Assembly: GCA_965205015.1 (NCBI GenBank)
Contig: OZ242029.1
Span: forward strand, 160,001-224,000
Length of the DNA stretch: 64,000 nt
DNA from: Candidatus Poribacteria bacterium
Lineage (GTDB): Bacteria; Poribacteria; WGA-4E; WGA-3G
Direction of reading: 5' to 3'
Made by a program: the position numbers and the translations under genes
The notes under the pieces: generated by a model
What the model was told of the DNA's origin: nothing
Database searches by the model: none
The model's input: the letters and a program-made list of their open reading frames with translations, nothing else
In this document: positions 1 through 9,728 of the stretch, one piece after another
Layout of the letters: the number at the start of each line of letters is the position of its first letter
Numbering within the stretch: position 1 is the stretch's first letter

Positions 1-8
1 TGGGATTG

Positions 9-1253
9 TTAAGAAAGTCCCTTTAAATTCCCCAACAGATTCGTTATCTCCTCATGAATCTGTTCTTCGACTGACGGCACCAACGCTAACCGATACGGAC
101 CACTGAGCGCATGGTTCCGCGGTCCCGCTTCATAACCCGCCTTCAACCCCAACTCGTAAGCCGCTCTGGTCGCAATATAGACCTCACTCCCATTCGTATA
201 GCCAAAAACGAAGGTGTGCGAGAACGGTGAGGTTTCGTCAGCAAAAAGTTGATATTCCGAAAAGAGTTCATGCGACACAGACAGGAAACAGAGCGCATCG
301 CCGACCGCAAACGCGCTTATTGGGAAAGGCAAGGTCCGCTTCTCACCGCTCTTAGCGACCGCTAACAGGGCAACATAACGCTCATCGTCAGGGAATTCCT
401 CAATCAACTGCTCACATTCCACAACCGATGGTGGATCCCGGAACGGCAAATTGACGAGTTTAGAACACGCTTTAAGGGGTGCCGCGGGAACCTCTTTCGC
501 AGTCTTCAACGCTTGGTGCGTCGCAAACGCCAGCATGAATCCAGCGACATCGCACGCCTCAAAACCGCCTCGCAACGGATACCCATTGATGTCTGCCGCA
601 CAACCTTGCGCGAAGAGTAAGACGCTTTTCGGCTTCAACGCCAAGAAATTGCGCAGATGTTCAACCGCATAGCCCGGGAAATCCGCACCCATCTCCTCGC
701 TCGACCAGTGGACAATCACCGGATGCGCCGCATGAGAGAACAGCACAGCGATGATGTCTCCATTCGCGTCGTAAGCCCCTAACACGTCAACCCACGGCAC
801 AACGGAACCCTCTGGGTTGGGTGCCATGGTAATATAACCCTCATCATTCATGATGCGCCGGTTATACCCGACTTGGACAGGCGCACGTCCGACGCGTAAG
901 GTTGCTGGCTCAAGCGTGTCCACTGCATCCTTCACCAATTCAGCAAGACAGGTCGCCAACCATGCTTCAGATGCCTCACTCATTTCCCGTCCATCAACAC
1001 CCGGGGCGTTATGCGTATGGCTACAGTTAATGACGACATGCTCCGGCGGTATGCCCGTGGCATCCTGAATTGCTTTAAGCAGCACTTTGTTGTACTGAAG
1101 TGAAAACTGTCCATAATCCGCTGTCACAATAGCGAGTTGTTTCTCACCATCGGCAAGTACCAAGACGCGCGCATACAATTCAGCATAAACATCGGGTCTG
1201 TCTTTAATGGAGGTAATGACAGTTTCTGCGGCACCTGCCATAAGGATAGTCAT
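9..1253 (-). CDS. Neutral/alkaline ceramidase N-terminal domain family protein
   Basis: LYARVLVL, SHTHNAP, HAAHPV, ADFPG and QGCAADING motifs typical of the family; AGGAG SD upstream. Confidence 0.75.
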   Translation of the reverse strand: MTILMAGAAETVITSIKDRPDVYAELYARVLVLADGEKQLAIVTADYGQFSLQYNKVLLKAIQDATGIPPEHVVINCSHTHNAPGVDGREMSEASEAWLATCLAELVKDAVDTLEPATLRVGRAPVQVGYNRRIMNDEGYITMAPNPEGSVVPWVDVLGAYDANGDIIAVLFSHAAHPVIVHWSSEEMGADFPGYAVEHLRNFLALKPKSVLLFAQGCAADINGYPLRGGFEACDVAGFMLAFATHQALKTAKEVPAAPLKACSKLVNLPFRDPPSVVECEQLIEEFPDDERYVALLAVAKSGEKRTLPFPISAFAVGDALCFLSVSHELFSEYQLFADETSPFSHTFVFGYTNGSEVYIATRAAYELGLKAGYEAGPRNHALSGPYRLALVPSVEEQIHEEITNLLGNLKGLS

Positions 1254-1319
1254 AAGAAGTCTCCTGGTTTCGTCCGCTACAAGCGGTAAAGGACAAGGGT
1301 ACGGGGCGCGTGCCTACCA

Positions 1320-2378
1320 CTATGTCAAATCCGCCAATTGTGGCATTACCTCATTCTTGAGGAGCGTCATCGAGTTCAACCACTGTTCCCTCGGTTCCCA
1401 CTCATGTCCCATGGCGAGCAAGACCCCAAAACCGCCGACCTCCTCATAGAGTTCACGTAAACGGTTCGCAACGTGATCCGGACTCCCAACAATCCACAAG
1501 GTATCTAACAAATGTTCAAGGGTCATGTCGGCATCGTCCATATCTGGATCGGGCTTGAAGTTCCCAGGGCTAAATAGGTTGAACCAATAGTCCCTAAAAT
1601 CGCGTCCAAGTGTACCTTCAAGTGCCTCTTTTCTCGCCTGTTCGGTGGTATCCGCAACGTAGACCTCACGGGCGATACGCCATGTCGAACGAGACGGCGA
1701 CAACCCAGCCTTTTCTGCCCCCTCTTCGACCGCGTCCCAGTGGGTTTTAATCACAGGAACATGCGCCAGATTAATACTCATCGGGATCCAACCGCGCTCA
1801 CCCGCAAGAACGAGCGTGTCGGATTTAGGGGACGATCCCGCCATTGCGATCGGGGGATGCGGTTTCTGGTAAGGCTTCATGTGGACACTGACGATATTCG
1901 GACGATCTTGGGGAATTTTAAATTCCCAGAAATCGCTTTTGTAATGTCCAGGCTCTGGATCTGTCCAAATCTTGAGTACGGCTTCAATCCCTTCCCGGGT
2001 CGACTGCCGTCTGTCCCCGTCCGCCAAGAACATCTCCGCATCGCTCGGCGTGGAACTCGACCCAACGCCCCAATGAAAGCGTCCGTGCGTTTGATGATCC
2101 AACTGTGCTATCCGATGCGCGACAACGGCGGGATTGTGTATCGGCATACAGGTAATCCCAGTGCCGAAGACGATGTTCTCCGTCATCGCAGCCGCTTTCG
2201 CAATAAAAAGGTCTGGAGACGGAATATTCTCCCACGTAAACGTAAAATGCTCACCAACATAAGCTTCTTTATAGCCCAACTCGTCCAGAACCACCATTTG
2301 CTCAATATCATGATCGAGCGTCTGGGTGGTGTCACTGCCGGGTGGATGCAAAGGCATTGTGAAAAAACCGAGTTCCAT
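1320..2378 (-). CDS. LLM-class (luciferase-like) flavin-dependent monooxygenase
   Basis: MELGFFTMPLH, GEH, HNPAVVAHRIAQLDH, KPYQKPHPPIA, IVGSPDHV. Confidence 0.9.
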   Translation of the reverse strand: MELGFFTMPLHPPGSDTTQTLDHDIEQMVVLDELGYKEAYVGEHFTFTWENIPSPDLFIAKAAAMTENIVFGTGITCMPIHNPAVVAHRIAQLDHQTHGRFHWGVGSSSTPSDAEMFLADGDRRQSTREGIEAVLKIWTDPEPGHYKSDFWEFKIPQDRPNIVSVHMKPYQKPHPPIAMAGSSPKSDTLVLAGERGWIPMSINLAHVPVIKTHWDAVEEGAEKAGLSPSRSTWRIAREVYVADTTEQARKEALEGTLGRDFRDYWFNLFSPGNFKPDPDMDDADMTLEHLLDTLWIVGSPDHVANRLRELYEEVGGFGVLLAMGHEWEPREQWLNSMTLLKNEVMPQLADLT

Positions 2379-2599
2379 ATTTTTTATTTTCCTTGCGGAG
2401 CAGTAACGGCAATTTGAACTTTGACGGTTTTCGCGTTAGAATCGCCTGCGCCGTTGTTGCAGGCTGCGCGCTTTGGATTACTTTTTCTATCGTAAAGGCG
2501 CGGTCCCATCGCTTACGACGATAATTCCAATGTTAGCCACCGCCACAAACGCCCGACCACCCCTTAACCTTAATAGATATGTTTCCGTATGTTTCAAAA

Positions 2600-2628
2600 C
2601 TTGACAAAATCCGTAGTGTCTGTTATTG
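2600..2628 (+). promoter_or_regulatory. Sigma70-like promoter
   Basis: TTGACA-N17-TATTGT upstream of the 2712 gene. Confidence 0.5.
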
Positions 2629-2711
2629 TTTTTGTTGGGTAAGAGATTACCATAAACCCAAATATTTTTCAAACATTTTCTATTTTTCGTCAAAAGGAGA
2701 AATACCGCATT

Positions 2712-3905
2712 ATGCGTGTGAGAATTTTCGTTTTAACCTCGGTTCTTCTATCCGCGCTTCTAAGCATTTATCTATTCGGGTGCGACCGTGTCAGCCAGAT
2801 CGTTCAGCCCGACGCGACTCCCACTTCGACCGAAACAACATTAAAAATTGGCGTAATTCAGCCATCAAACACCTTTACCACCTTTAGTCAAGGTGCTGAA
2901 ACCGCCCGTGTTCAGATGAATGAAATGGGTGGCGTGCTCGGTATGCAAGTAGAATTTATCAGTCGAAATAACCAACCCGTAGCAACTGAATCCCCAACAC
3001 CCGAGGCCAGTGTTAAGGCAGCGCAGGAACTGATTGAGATGGAAGATGTTTTCGCACTCTTGGGTCCCGTTTACTCCAGTAATTCCGTCAAGGTCGGTCC
3101 GATCGCGCAACACGCACAGCGGCTCATGCTTCCCGGTTCCAGTGGTGCGAATGTACCAGCAGCAGGAGATCACGTCTTTTTAATCACCGTTCCTAACCCA
3201 TTCCAAGGAAAAGTGATGGCGAGTTTCGCGATGAACCCTGATGAACTCGGTGCCAAAACAGCAGCGACAATTATTGAGGAAGGCGATGTCTACACCACCG
3301 ATCTCGTCAAGGCGTTTGAGGCAGCTTTTCAGGAAATCGGGGGGGAAATTGTCTATAGCGGTGCCTATACCGTAGGTGACACCACCTTTACTGCACTGCT
3401 CACAGAGATCCACACCGTTCAACCCGATGTCATCTTCTGTCCCGGCTTTCAGCCAGAAGTACCCTCGTTAATAAGCGAAGCACGCGAAATCGGTATCACA
3501 GGCACCTTTCTCGGTGGTAGCGCGTGGGATGACCGCGAACGATTCCTCAGTATCTTAGCGGATAACACCGTGTTAGATGGCAGTTATTATCCGACGAATT
3601 TCTCCGTAGCGACACAGGACGCAGATGTTCAAGAATTTGTAGGGAGTTACACGGCACTGTTTGAGAGTCCACCCGATGGCATTGCCGCGTCCGGTTACGA
3701 TGCGATGCGACTCCTGGCACGCGCAATAGAAACAGCCGGTTCACTGGATCGAGTTGCGGTTCGCGACGCCTTCGCGGCAGTCAGCGATTACAAAGGGGCC
3801 ACAACCATTTCGCATTACGACGAAAACCGTCATCCCGTCAAAAGCCTCACGCTCCAAACAATCCGCGGCGGACAGGTAGAACACTACAAGGTTATAGAAC
3901 CGTAA
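2712..3905 (+). CDS. ABC transporter substrate-binding lipoprotein, LivJ/Peripla_BP_6 type
   Basis: Lipobox LFGC; LGPVYSS, DVIFCPG and GYDAMRLLA motifs; AAGGAG SD. Confidence 0.85.
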   Translation: MRVRIFVLTSVLLSALLSIYLFGCDRVSQIVQPDATPTSTETTLKIGVIQPSNTFTTFSQGAETARVQMNEMGGVLGMQVEFISRNNQPVATESPTPEASVKAAQELIEMEDVFALLGPVYSSNSVKVGPIAQHAQRLMLPGSSGANVPAAGDHVFLITVPNPFQGKVMASFAMNPDELGAKTAATIIEEGDVYTTDLVKAFEAAFQEIGGEIVYSGAYTVGDTTFTALLTEIHTVQPDVIFCPGFQPEVPSLISEAREIGITGTFLGGSAWDDRERFLSILADNTVLDGSYYPTNFSVATQDADVQEFVGSYTALFESPPDGIAASGYDAMRLLARAIETAGSLDRVAVRDAFAAVSDYKGATTISHYDENRHPVKSLTLQTIRGGQVEHYKVIEP

Positions 3906-3920
3906 CATATAACAAATACA

Positions 3921-4700
3921 ATGCGACAGATGAATCCTACGCGTCCCAAGGCTTTCCTGATTGACATGGACGGAACGCTCTATTTTAAGGGCAAACCGTG
4001 TCCCGGCGCAATTGAAGCCGTTAATGACCTACGTCAGGAGAAATATCAACTCCGATTTCTGACGAACACGACTGCAAAAACCCCAAAGATGCTACACGCG
4101 CAGCTGCGAGATTTGGGGTTTGACATCTATGAAGATGAGATTTTTAATGCGACTTACGCGTGTCTCCTCTACTTACGCACCCAGTCTGAGGCACGTTGCC
4201 ACTTTATGGTGGATGATGCCGTCAAAGCATATTTCAAGGAGATACCTGTAGACGATCATGCCCCCGATTTCGTGGTTGTTGGGGATTACGGTGAAGGGTT
4301 TGATTTTCACACTTTAAATCACGCTTTTCGTCTATTGATAGACGGCGCGGAACTTATCGCGTTACAGAAAGGACTCTACTGGTTCTCTCCCGAAGGGATA
4401 CGCTTGGACTGTGGTGCGTTCGTGACGCTTCTGGAGGCTGCAGCGGGCAAAACCGCGACAATCATGGGCAAGCCGAGCGAGACGTTCTTCAAAACCGTGC
4501 TGGGGAATCTTCGACTCGCGCCAAAGGATGTAGTCGTGGTAGGCGATGATATTACCACCGACATCGTCGGGGCGGAAAGAATGGAGATGCGGAGCGTCCT
4601 CGTGAAGACTGGGAAGTTTAAACCCGAGCAATTGGAAAATCCTGTCGCGAAACCAACATGGGTGCTTGAGAGTGTTTCGGCGTTAGCACAACTTTTTTAA
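3921..4700 (+). CDS. HAD-IIA family hydrolase (LHPP/HDHD2-like)
   Basis: DMDGTL, LTNTT, MGKPS, VGDDITTDIVG, VKTGK. Confidence 0.9.
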   Translation: MRQMNPTRPKAFLIDMDGTLYFKGKPCPGAIEAVNDLRQEKYQLRFLTNTTAKTPKMLHAQLRDLGFDIYEDEIFNATYACLLYLRTQSEARCHFMVDDAVKAYFKEIPVDDHAPDFVVVGDYGEGFDFHTLNHAFRLLIDGAELIALQKGLYWFSPEGIRLDCGAFVTLLEAAAGKTATIMGKPSETFFKTVLGNLRLAPKDVVVVGDDITTDIVGAERMEMRSVLVKTGKFKPEQLENPVAKPTWVLESVSALAQLF

Positions 4701-4726
4701 CCAAAGTGTTTGGAACTACAAGATAG

Positions 4727-4987
4727 ATGAGTAACCACCAAAGTAGAATTAAAATCTTCTACGACCGAGAGGTTGATGTCCTCTATGTAACACGGGGCAA
4801 CCCTGAATACACAGACTACATTGAATACGCGGAGGATATTATACTACGTTTCCATCCAGAAACAAAGGAGTTAGTGGGATTCACGCTCATTGATTTTTCA
4901 CGGCATTTTGCTAACAAAGAATCGGACATCTCACTTCCCTTTAATATTGATTTTCACATGTCTGATACAGTAGATATATCCTATTAA
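4727..4987 (+). CDS. DUF2283-like small protein
   Basis: IFYDREVDVLYV...IILRFHPETKELVGFTLIDF pattern; 86 aa. Confidence 0.7.
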   Translation: MSNHQSRIKIFYDREVDVLYVTRGNPEYTDYIEYAEDIILRFHPETKELVGFTLIDFSRHFANKESDISLPFNIDFHMSDTVDISY

Positions 4988-5023
4988 AAATCGCTTCCAC
5001 AGAAGAAGTAGAGGTGCTTTTTT

Positions 5024-6067
5024 ATGGCAAACCAACTTATTCAACTCGGCGTCGTTGGATGTGGATGGGCAGGCTGTCGAGCGATCGAAGCCGCCAATGC
5101 CACCTCTCGACTGAACGTTATTGCAATCGCGGAACGCGATCCGACCCGTCGTGAACAAGCAGGTGATGACAACGCCGTACCTCACCGCTATGCCAACTAT
5201 CGCGAACTCCTTGACAACCCCGATGTCGAAGCCGTCTATCTCGCCACGTCCCCAGATGGCAGGCTGCAGCAGGTGCTGGATACGCTCAATGCAGGGAAGC
5301 ACGTCTTAGTCCAAAAACCGCACGCAATCCGCGCCCCTGAAATCTTAGAGATGGAAACAGCTGCACAACACGCAGGGAAAACGCTCCAATTCTGCTACTT
5401 TATGCGTCACTTCCCGAACAACCGTAAGATTCGGCGCGCTGTGCTGAACGGTGCGATTGGGGACCTGTATCACGCCCGCATCTTCGGGAAATACAACTTT
5501 ATCCCAGACCTTGATGCCAACAGTCGATGGCTACACGTCTACGGACAGAAAGGCGGTTCGTTAGGGCAACACTATTCGCACGAACTCAACCTCACGTGGT
5601 GGTGGATGGGATGCCCGAAACCCGAGTGGGCGTTTGCTGCGAAGCACGTGCTGTATCCGCAATATGACGGACCAGAGGGAGCGGCAGAGGACTATTTCAC
5701 CGGCATCCTCGGATGCGAAGGCGGAAAAACCATCCAGATCGATTGTTCCCGGATGAGCCACTCCGATTCCGCCAGCGTTGTGGAACTCTACGGCACCACC
5801 GGGGCAATCACGAACGGTGGCATCGCCCGATTTAAAGATGGCGAATTCGCCCGAGAAACCGTTGATGCCCCCCTCGACATCGATCACGGTGAACTCCCCG
5901 AAGAGGTCCATGTTTTCTATTACGAACTCAACCACTTCGCCATGGCAATCGCAGGCGAGGTCGCGCCGGATGTCTCTGCCCCCGATGCGTATACCTTCAT
6001 GCAAATCTTGGACGCGTTTTACGACAGCGCGAAAAGCGGTGAAAAAGTTTACATCGCCTCGGAGTAG
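5024..6067 (+). CDS. Gfo/Idh/MocA family oxidoreductase
   Basis: GVVGCGWAG Rossmann motif; AGKHVLVQKP. Confidence 0.9.
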   Translation: MANQLIQLGVVGCGWAGCRAIEAANATSRLNVIAIAERDPTRREQAGDDNAVPHRYANYRELLDNPDVEAVYLATSPDGRLQQVLDTLNAGKHVLVQKPHAIRAPEILEMETAAQHAGKTLQFCYFMRHFPNNRKIRRAVLNGAIGDLYHARIFGKYNFIPDLDANSRWLHVYGQKGGSLGQHYSHELNLTWWWMGCPKPEWAFAAKHVLYPQYDGPEGAAEDYFTGILGCEGGKTIQIDCSRMSHSDSASVVELYGTTGAITNGGIARFKDGEFARETVDAPLDIDHGELPEEVHVFYYELNHFAMAIAGEVAPDVSAPDAYTFMQILDAFYDSAKSGEKVYIASE

Positions 6068-6085
6068 CAATCCCTGAAATAACGT

Positions 6086-6114
6086 TTGACAAAAACCGCC
6101 TCTATTGTTAATCT
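6086..6114 (+). promoter_or_regulatory. Sigma70-like promoter for the oxidoreductase array
   Basis: TTGACA-N17-TAATCT; the ORF-track TTG start at 6086 is this -35 box. Confidence 0.5.
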
Positions 6115-6184
6115 GATACAATCTATTATTTTCTATAATCTACGGCTTCGATCTTTCCGATCATGGACACCTATGGAGACACCC

Positions 6185-7231
6185 ATGTATAAAACAGCGA
6201 TGTTAGGGTGCGGGGGTCGCGCCCGTGGACACGCAGATGCTTACCGATTCGTCAAACGCGGGAAACTCGCCGCCATTTGCGATATGGACGCAGAACGACT
6301 CAACAGTTTTGGAGACGACTTCGACATCCCTTCGCGATACACCGATTTGGACGAGATGCTCCAAAAAGAGAAACCCGATGTCCTGCACATCGTCACAAGT
6401 CCCGTGGTTCCGAATAGCAACGAACGGATCCGCTACCCGTTGATGAAACAGGCATCCGACCACGGCGTCCCTGCGGCGATTGTTGAGAAACCCGTTGCTG
6501 TTGAAGGCGAGGACTGGAATCAGATTGCGGGGTTAGCAGAAGAGACGAAAACGAAATTTGTCGTCAATACACAACTCGACTTCCACCCGAAAAATCTGGA
6601 ACTCAAAAAAGATGTCGCGGAAGGACGTATCGGCGAAATTAGGTTTATGGATGCGAGTGCACGCAGTAGAGCCTCCGAGCAGGGAGGACACGTGCTGCAG
6701 TTGGTGTCCTCTTACATCGACAACGCGCGTCCCGTGCGGATTCTTGGACAAATTTCTGGAAGCGAGAATTTAAATTTCGCGCCTGGAGGGCATCCATCGC
6801 CAACACATACCGTCGGGCACGTTCTGTATGAAAACGGTGTCCACGTCTCGCTCGCATTTGGAACAGCGTTCGGACAAATGGTATCTGATGACTCCGGTAT
6901 CTACGGTCACAAACGCGTTTTTGTCGCTGGAACGAAGGGCTTCGTGCATTGGCGGTTCAGCAGTTGGGAACGTTCAACAGTGGACGGCGGCTATGAGGGC
7001 GGTCCCCTTAACTATGGAGAACAAGATGTCGTCGCGCAGGGCAACTTCACCGAAGCCGTGTTTGATTGGTTAGACGACGAGAACAACGTGCATCCGACGC
7101 ATCTCAAGCAATCCCTCGTTGAGAATAACCTCATCTTAGGGATGTACTACAGTGGGATAACAAATAAAATTATCGAACTCCCGTTTGAACCGCCGGATGG
7201 TCTCATGGACATGCTCCGCGAGAAGTTGTAA
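6185..7231 (+). CDS. Gfo/Idh/MocA oxidoreductase, tandem copy 1
   Basis: Start moved to MYKTAMLGCGGRA to match paralogs; GGAG SD; IVEKP. Confidence 0.9.
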   Translation: MYKTAMLGCGGRARGHADAYRFVKRGKLAAICDMDAERLNSFGDDFDIPSRYTDLDEMLQKEKPDVLHIVTSPVVPNSNERIRYPLMKQASDHGVPAAIVEKPVAVEGEDWNQIAGLAEETKTKFVVNTQLDFHPKNLELKKDVAEGRIGEIRFMDASARSRASEQGGHVLQLVSSYIDNARPVRILGQISGSENLNFAPGGHPSPTHTVGHVLYENGVHVSLAFGTAFGQMVSDDSGIYGHKRVFVAGTKGFVHWRFSSWERSTVDGGYEGGPLNYGEQDVVAQGNFTEAVFDWLDDENNVHPTHLKQSLVENNLILGMYYSGITNKIIELPFEPPDGLMDMLREKL

Positions 7232-7339
7232 TTTAAAACAAATTTATATTGGACGGGTCGAAGTCTCCATGCCTTCGTCCTGTTCTGCGTTCTGGTACGC
7301 TGCTGGCGTGCTATTGTTAGTATTACAGGAGACAACCTC

Positions 7340-8377
7340 ATGTATAAAACTGCGTTCTTAGGGTGCGGGGGTCGTGCCCGCGCGCACGCGAGTGCTTACC
7401 GCTTCGTCAAACGCGGCAAAATCGCCGCAATCTGTGATATGAACACAGAGTTACTCAACAGTTTTGGAGACGACTTCGGCATCTCTTCACGCTACACCGA
7501 TCTCAATGAAATGCTGGAAAAGGAAAAACCCGATGTCCTCCACATCGTCACAGCACCCGTATTACGCGGCACCAACGAACGGATCCGATATCCATTGATG
7601 AAACAAGCCTCAGATGCTGGGGTGCCAGCCGCCATCGTCGAAAAACCGATTGCCGTTGAAAGTGAAGATTGGAAACAGATCGCGGGTTTGGCGGAAGAGA
7701 CACAAACCAAGTTCGTTGTTAACACACAGCTCAACTTCCACCCACAAAACCTCGAATTAAAAGCGGATGTCGCCGCAGGCCGTATCGGCGAAATTAAGTT
7801 CATTGATGCGAGCGCACGGAGCACACCCGTCGACCAAGCACCCCACGTGCTGCAGTTGGTGTCCTCCTACATCGATAACTCACGTCCAGTACGGGTCCTC
7901 GGGCAGATCGCAGGGAAAGAACAGTTAGATTCGGCACAACCTTCTCCCATGCACGCCGCTGGGCACGTCTTGTATGAAAACGGTCTACATGTCTCTGTCG
8001 CCTTTGGCACAGGCATGGGGACGTTGGCATCGGACAGTGAGAGTACCGTTGCCCATAAGCGGGTCTTTGTCGTGGGGACGAAAGGTTTTGTGCATTGGCG
8101 GTTCAGCAGTTGGGAACGCGCAACACCGGAAAGCGGCTACGAAGGCGGTCCGCTCAGCTACGGAGAGCAAGATATCGCCGCACAAGGCAACCTCACCGAG
8201 GCTGTTTTTGACTGGCTGGATGATGAAAACAACGTGCATCCGACACATCTCAAACAATCCCTGGCAGAATTCAATCTGCTTTTGGGAATTTACTATAGTG
8301 GTATCACGAACGAAATCATAGATTTACCTTTTGAACCCCCCGACGGATTAATGGACACCCTCCGGGAAAAATTGTAA
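7340..8377 (+). CDS. Gfo/Idh/MocA oxidoreductase, tandem copy 2
   Basis: MYKTAFLGCGGRA, IVEKP; AGGAG SD. Confidence 0.9.
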   Translation: MYKTAFLGCGGRARAHASAYRFVKRGKIAAICDMNTELLNSFGDDFGISSRYTDLNEMLEKEKPDVLHIVTAPVLRGTNERIRYPLMKQASDAGVPAAIVEKPIAVESEDWKQIAGLAEETQTKFVVNTQLNFHPQNLELKADVAAGRIGEIKFIDASARSTPVDQAPHVLQLVSSYIDNSRPVRVLGQIAGKEQLDSAQPSPMHAAGHVLYENGLHVSVAFGTGMGTLASDSESTVAHKRVFVVGTKGFVHWRFSSWERATPESGYEGGPLSYGEQDIAAQGNLTEAVFDWLDDENNVHPTHLKQSLAEFNLLLGIYYSGITNEIIDLPFEPPDGLMDTLREKL

Positions 8378-8420
8378 ACGCAATCCGAATTCAGAGGGAA
8401 CCTTTAGAGGAGACCTTTCC

Positions 8421-9464
8421 ATGTATAAAACAGCAATGTTAGGATGTGGTGGACGTGCGCGTGCGCATGCAGACGCCTATCGCTTCGTCAAAAACGGTAA
8501 ACTCGCCGCAATTTGCGATATGAACGAAGAACTCCTCACGAGTTTCGGTGAGGATTTCGGTATCTCTTCACGCTACACCGACCTCGATGAGATGCTTGAA
8601 AAAGAGAAACCCGATGTCCTCCACATCGTCACAGCACCCGTGTTACGCGGCACCAATCAACGGATTCGGTACCCATTGATGAAGCAAGCCTCGGATGCGG
8701 GTGTCCCAGCTGCGATTGTGGAGAAACCGATCGCCGTTGAAAGTGAGGATTGGAAGCAGCTCGCAGGATTAGCAGAAGAGACGCAAACGAAATTTGTCGT
8801 CAATACACAGCTCAACTTCCACCCGCAAAACTTGGAATTGAAACGAGATGTCGCAGAAGGTCATATCGGCGACATCAAATTCATTGATGCCAGTGCCCGG
8901 AGCACCCCCGTTGACCAAGCACCTCACGTGTTGCAACTCGTCTCTTCCTATATTGATAACTCGCGTCCCATGCGGGTACTCGGACAGGTTTCCGGGGCTC
9001 AGGATTTGGACTCCACGCAGCCCTCCCCCATGCATGCCGCCGCTCAGGCACTCTATGAAAACGGACTTCACGTCTCCCTCGCCTTCGGGACGGGTGTAGG
9101 ACAGCGAGTGCCTAAAGAGCCAGATGCGGGGAATCACACCCATAAACGCGTCTTTGTCGTCGGCACGAAAGGCTTCGTACATTGGCGGTTCAGCAGTTGG
9201 GAACGCGCAACACCAGAGGGTGGTTACGAGAGCGGTCCCCTCGACTACGGGGAACAGGATGTCGTCGCGCAGGGCAACCTTACCGAGGCTGTTTTTGATT
9301 GGCTTGATGATGAGAACAAACAACATCCGACGCATCTCAAGCAATCTCTTGCAGAGTTCAATCTCCTCCTCGGTATCTACTACAGCGGCGTAACGAACCA
9401 GATTATCGATCTCCCATTTGAACCACCAGATGGGTTGATTGACATCCTCCGGGAGAAGTTGTAA
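8421..9464 (+). CDS. Gfo/Idh/MocA oxidoreductase, tandem copy 3
   Basis: MYKTAMLGCGGRA, IVEKP; GAGGAG SD. Confidence 0.9.
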   Translation: MYKTAMLGCGGRARAHADAYRFVKNGKLAAICDMNEELLTSFGEDFGISSRYTDLDEMLEKEKPDVLHIVTAPVLRGTNQRIRYPLMKQASDAGVPAAIVEKPIAVESEDWKQLAGLAEETQTKFVVNTQLNFHPQNLELKRDVAEGHIGDIKFIDASARSTPVDQAPHVLQLVSSYIDNSRPMRVLGQVSGAQDLDSTQPSPMHAAAQALYENGLHVSLAFGTGVGQRVPKEPDAGNHTHKRVFVVGTKGFVHWRFSSWERATPEGGYESGPLDYGEQDVVAQGNLTEAVFDWLDDENKQHPTHLKQSLAEFNLLLGIYYSGVTNQIIDLPFEPPDGLIDILREKL

Positions 9465-9470
9465 TCCTCA

Positions 9471-9635
9471 CTTGAGACCCTTACCTTTCGATCAGAGCCT
9501 GAAGTAGCACAAGCCTTTAAACCTGCTTTGGAATCGATGGATGATCTGCAACGTCTCAAGCAGTTGTTTCGCGCCGCAATGCGGGTGGAAAGTCCAGAAG
9601 ATTTCACGCAAGCGTTGAACGCAAACGGCGAATGA
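9471..9635 (+). pseudogene. Orphan 3' fragment resembling the C-terminal domain of Rpn/DUF4351-type proteins
   Basis: Hand translation LETLTFRSEPEVAQAFKPALESMDDLQRLKQLFRAAMRVESPEDFTQALNANGE*; no clear start or RBS. Confidence 0.55.
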
Positions 9636-9728
9636 AACGCGCTGTAATTTTCCACAAGTTCCCTTACACTTTAGTTACGAACATTCATTCATTCTGCTTG
9701 ACATTAGAATATTAAAGGAGACCTCTCC

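Noticed and set aside
9462-9464. Programmed read-through fusing oxidoreductase copy 3 to the downstream in-frame fragment
   Set aside because: The stop is TAA, all paralogs end at the same position, and the frame match has a 1-in-3 chance.
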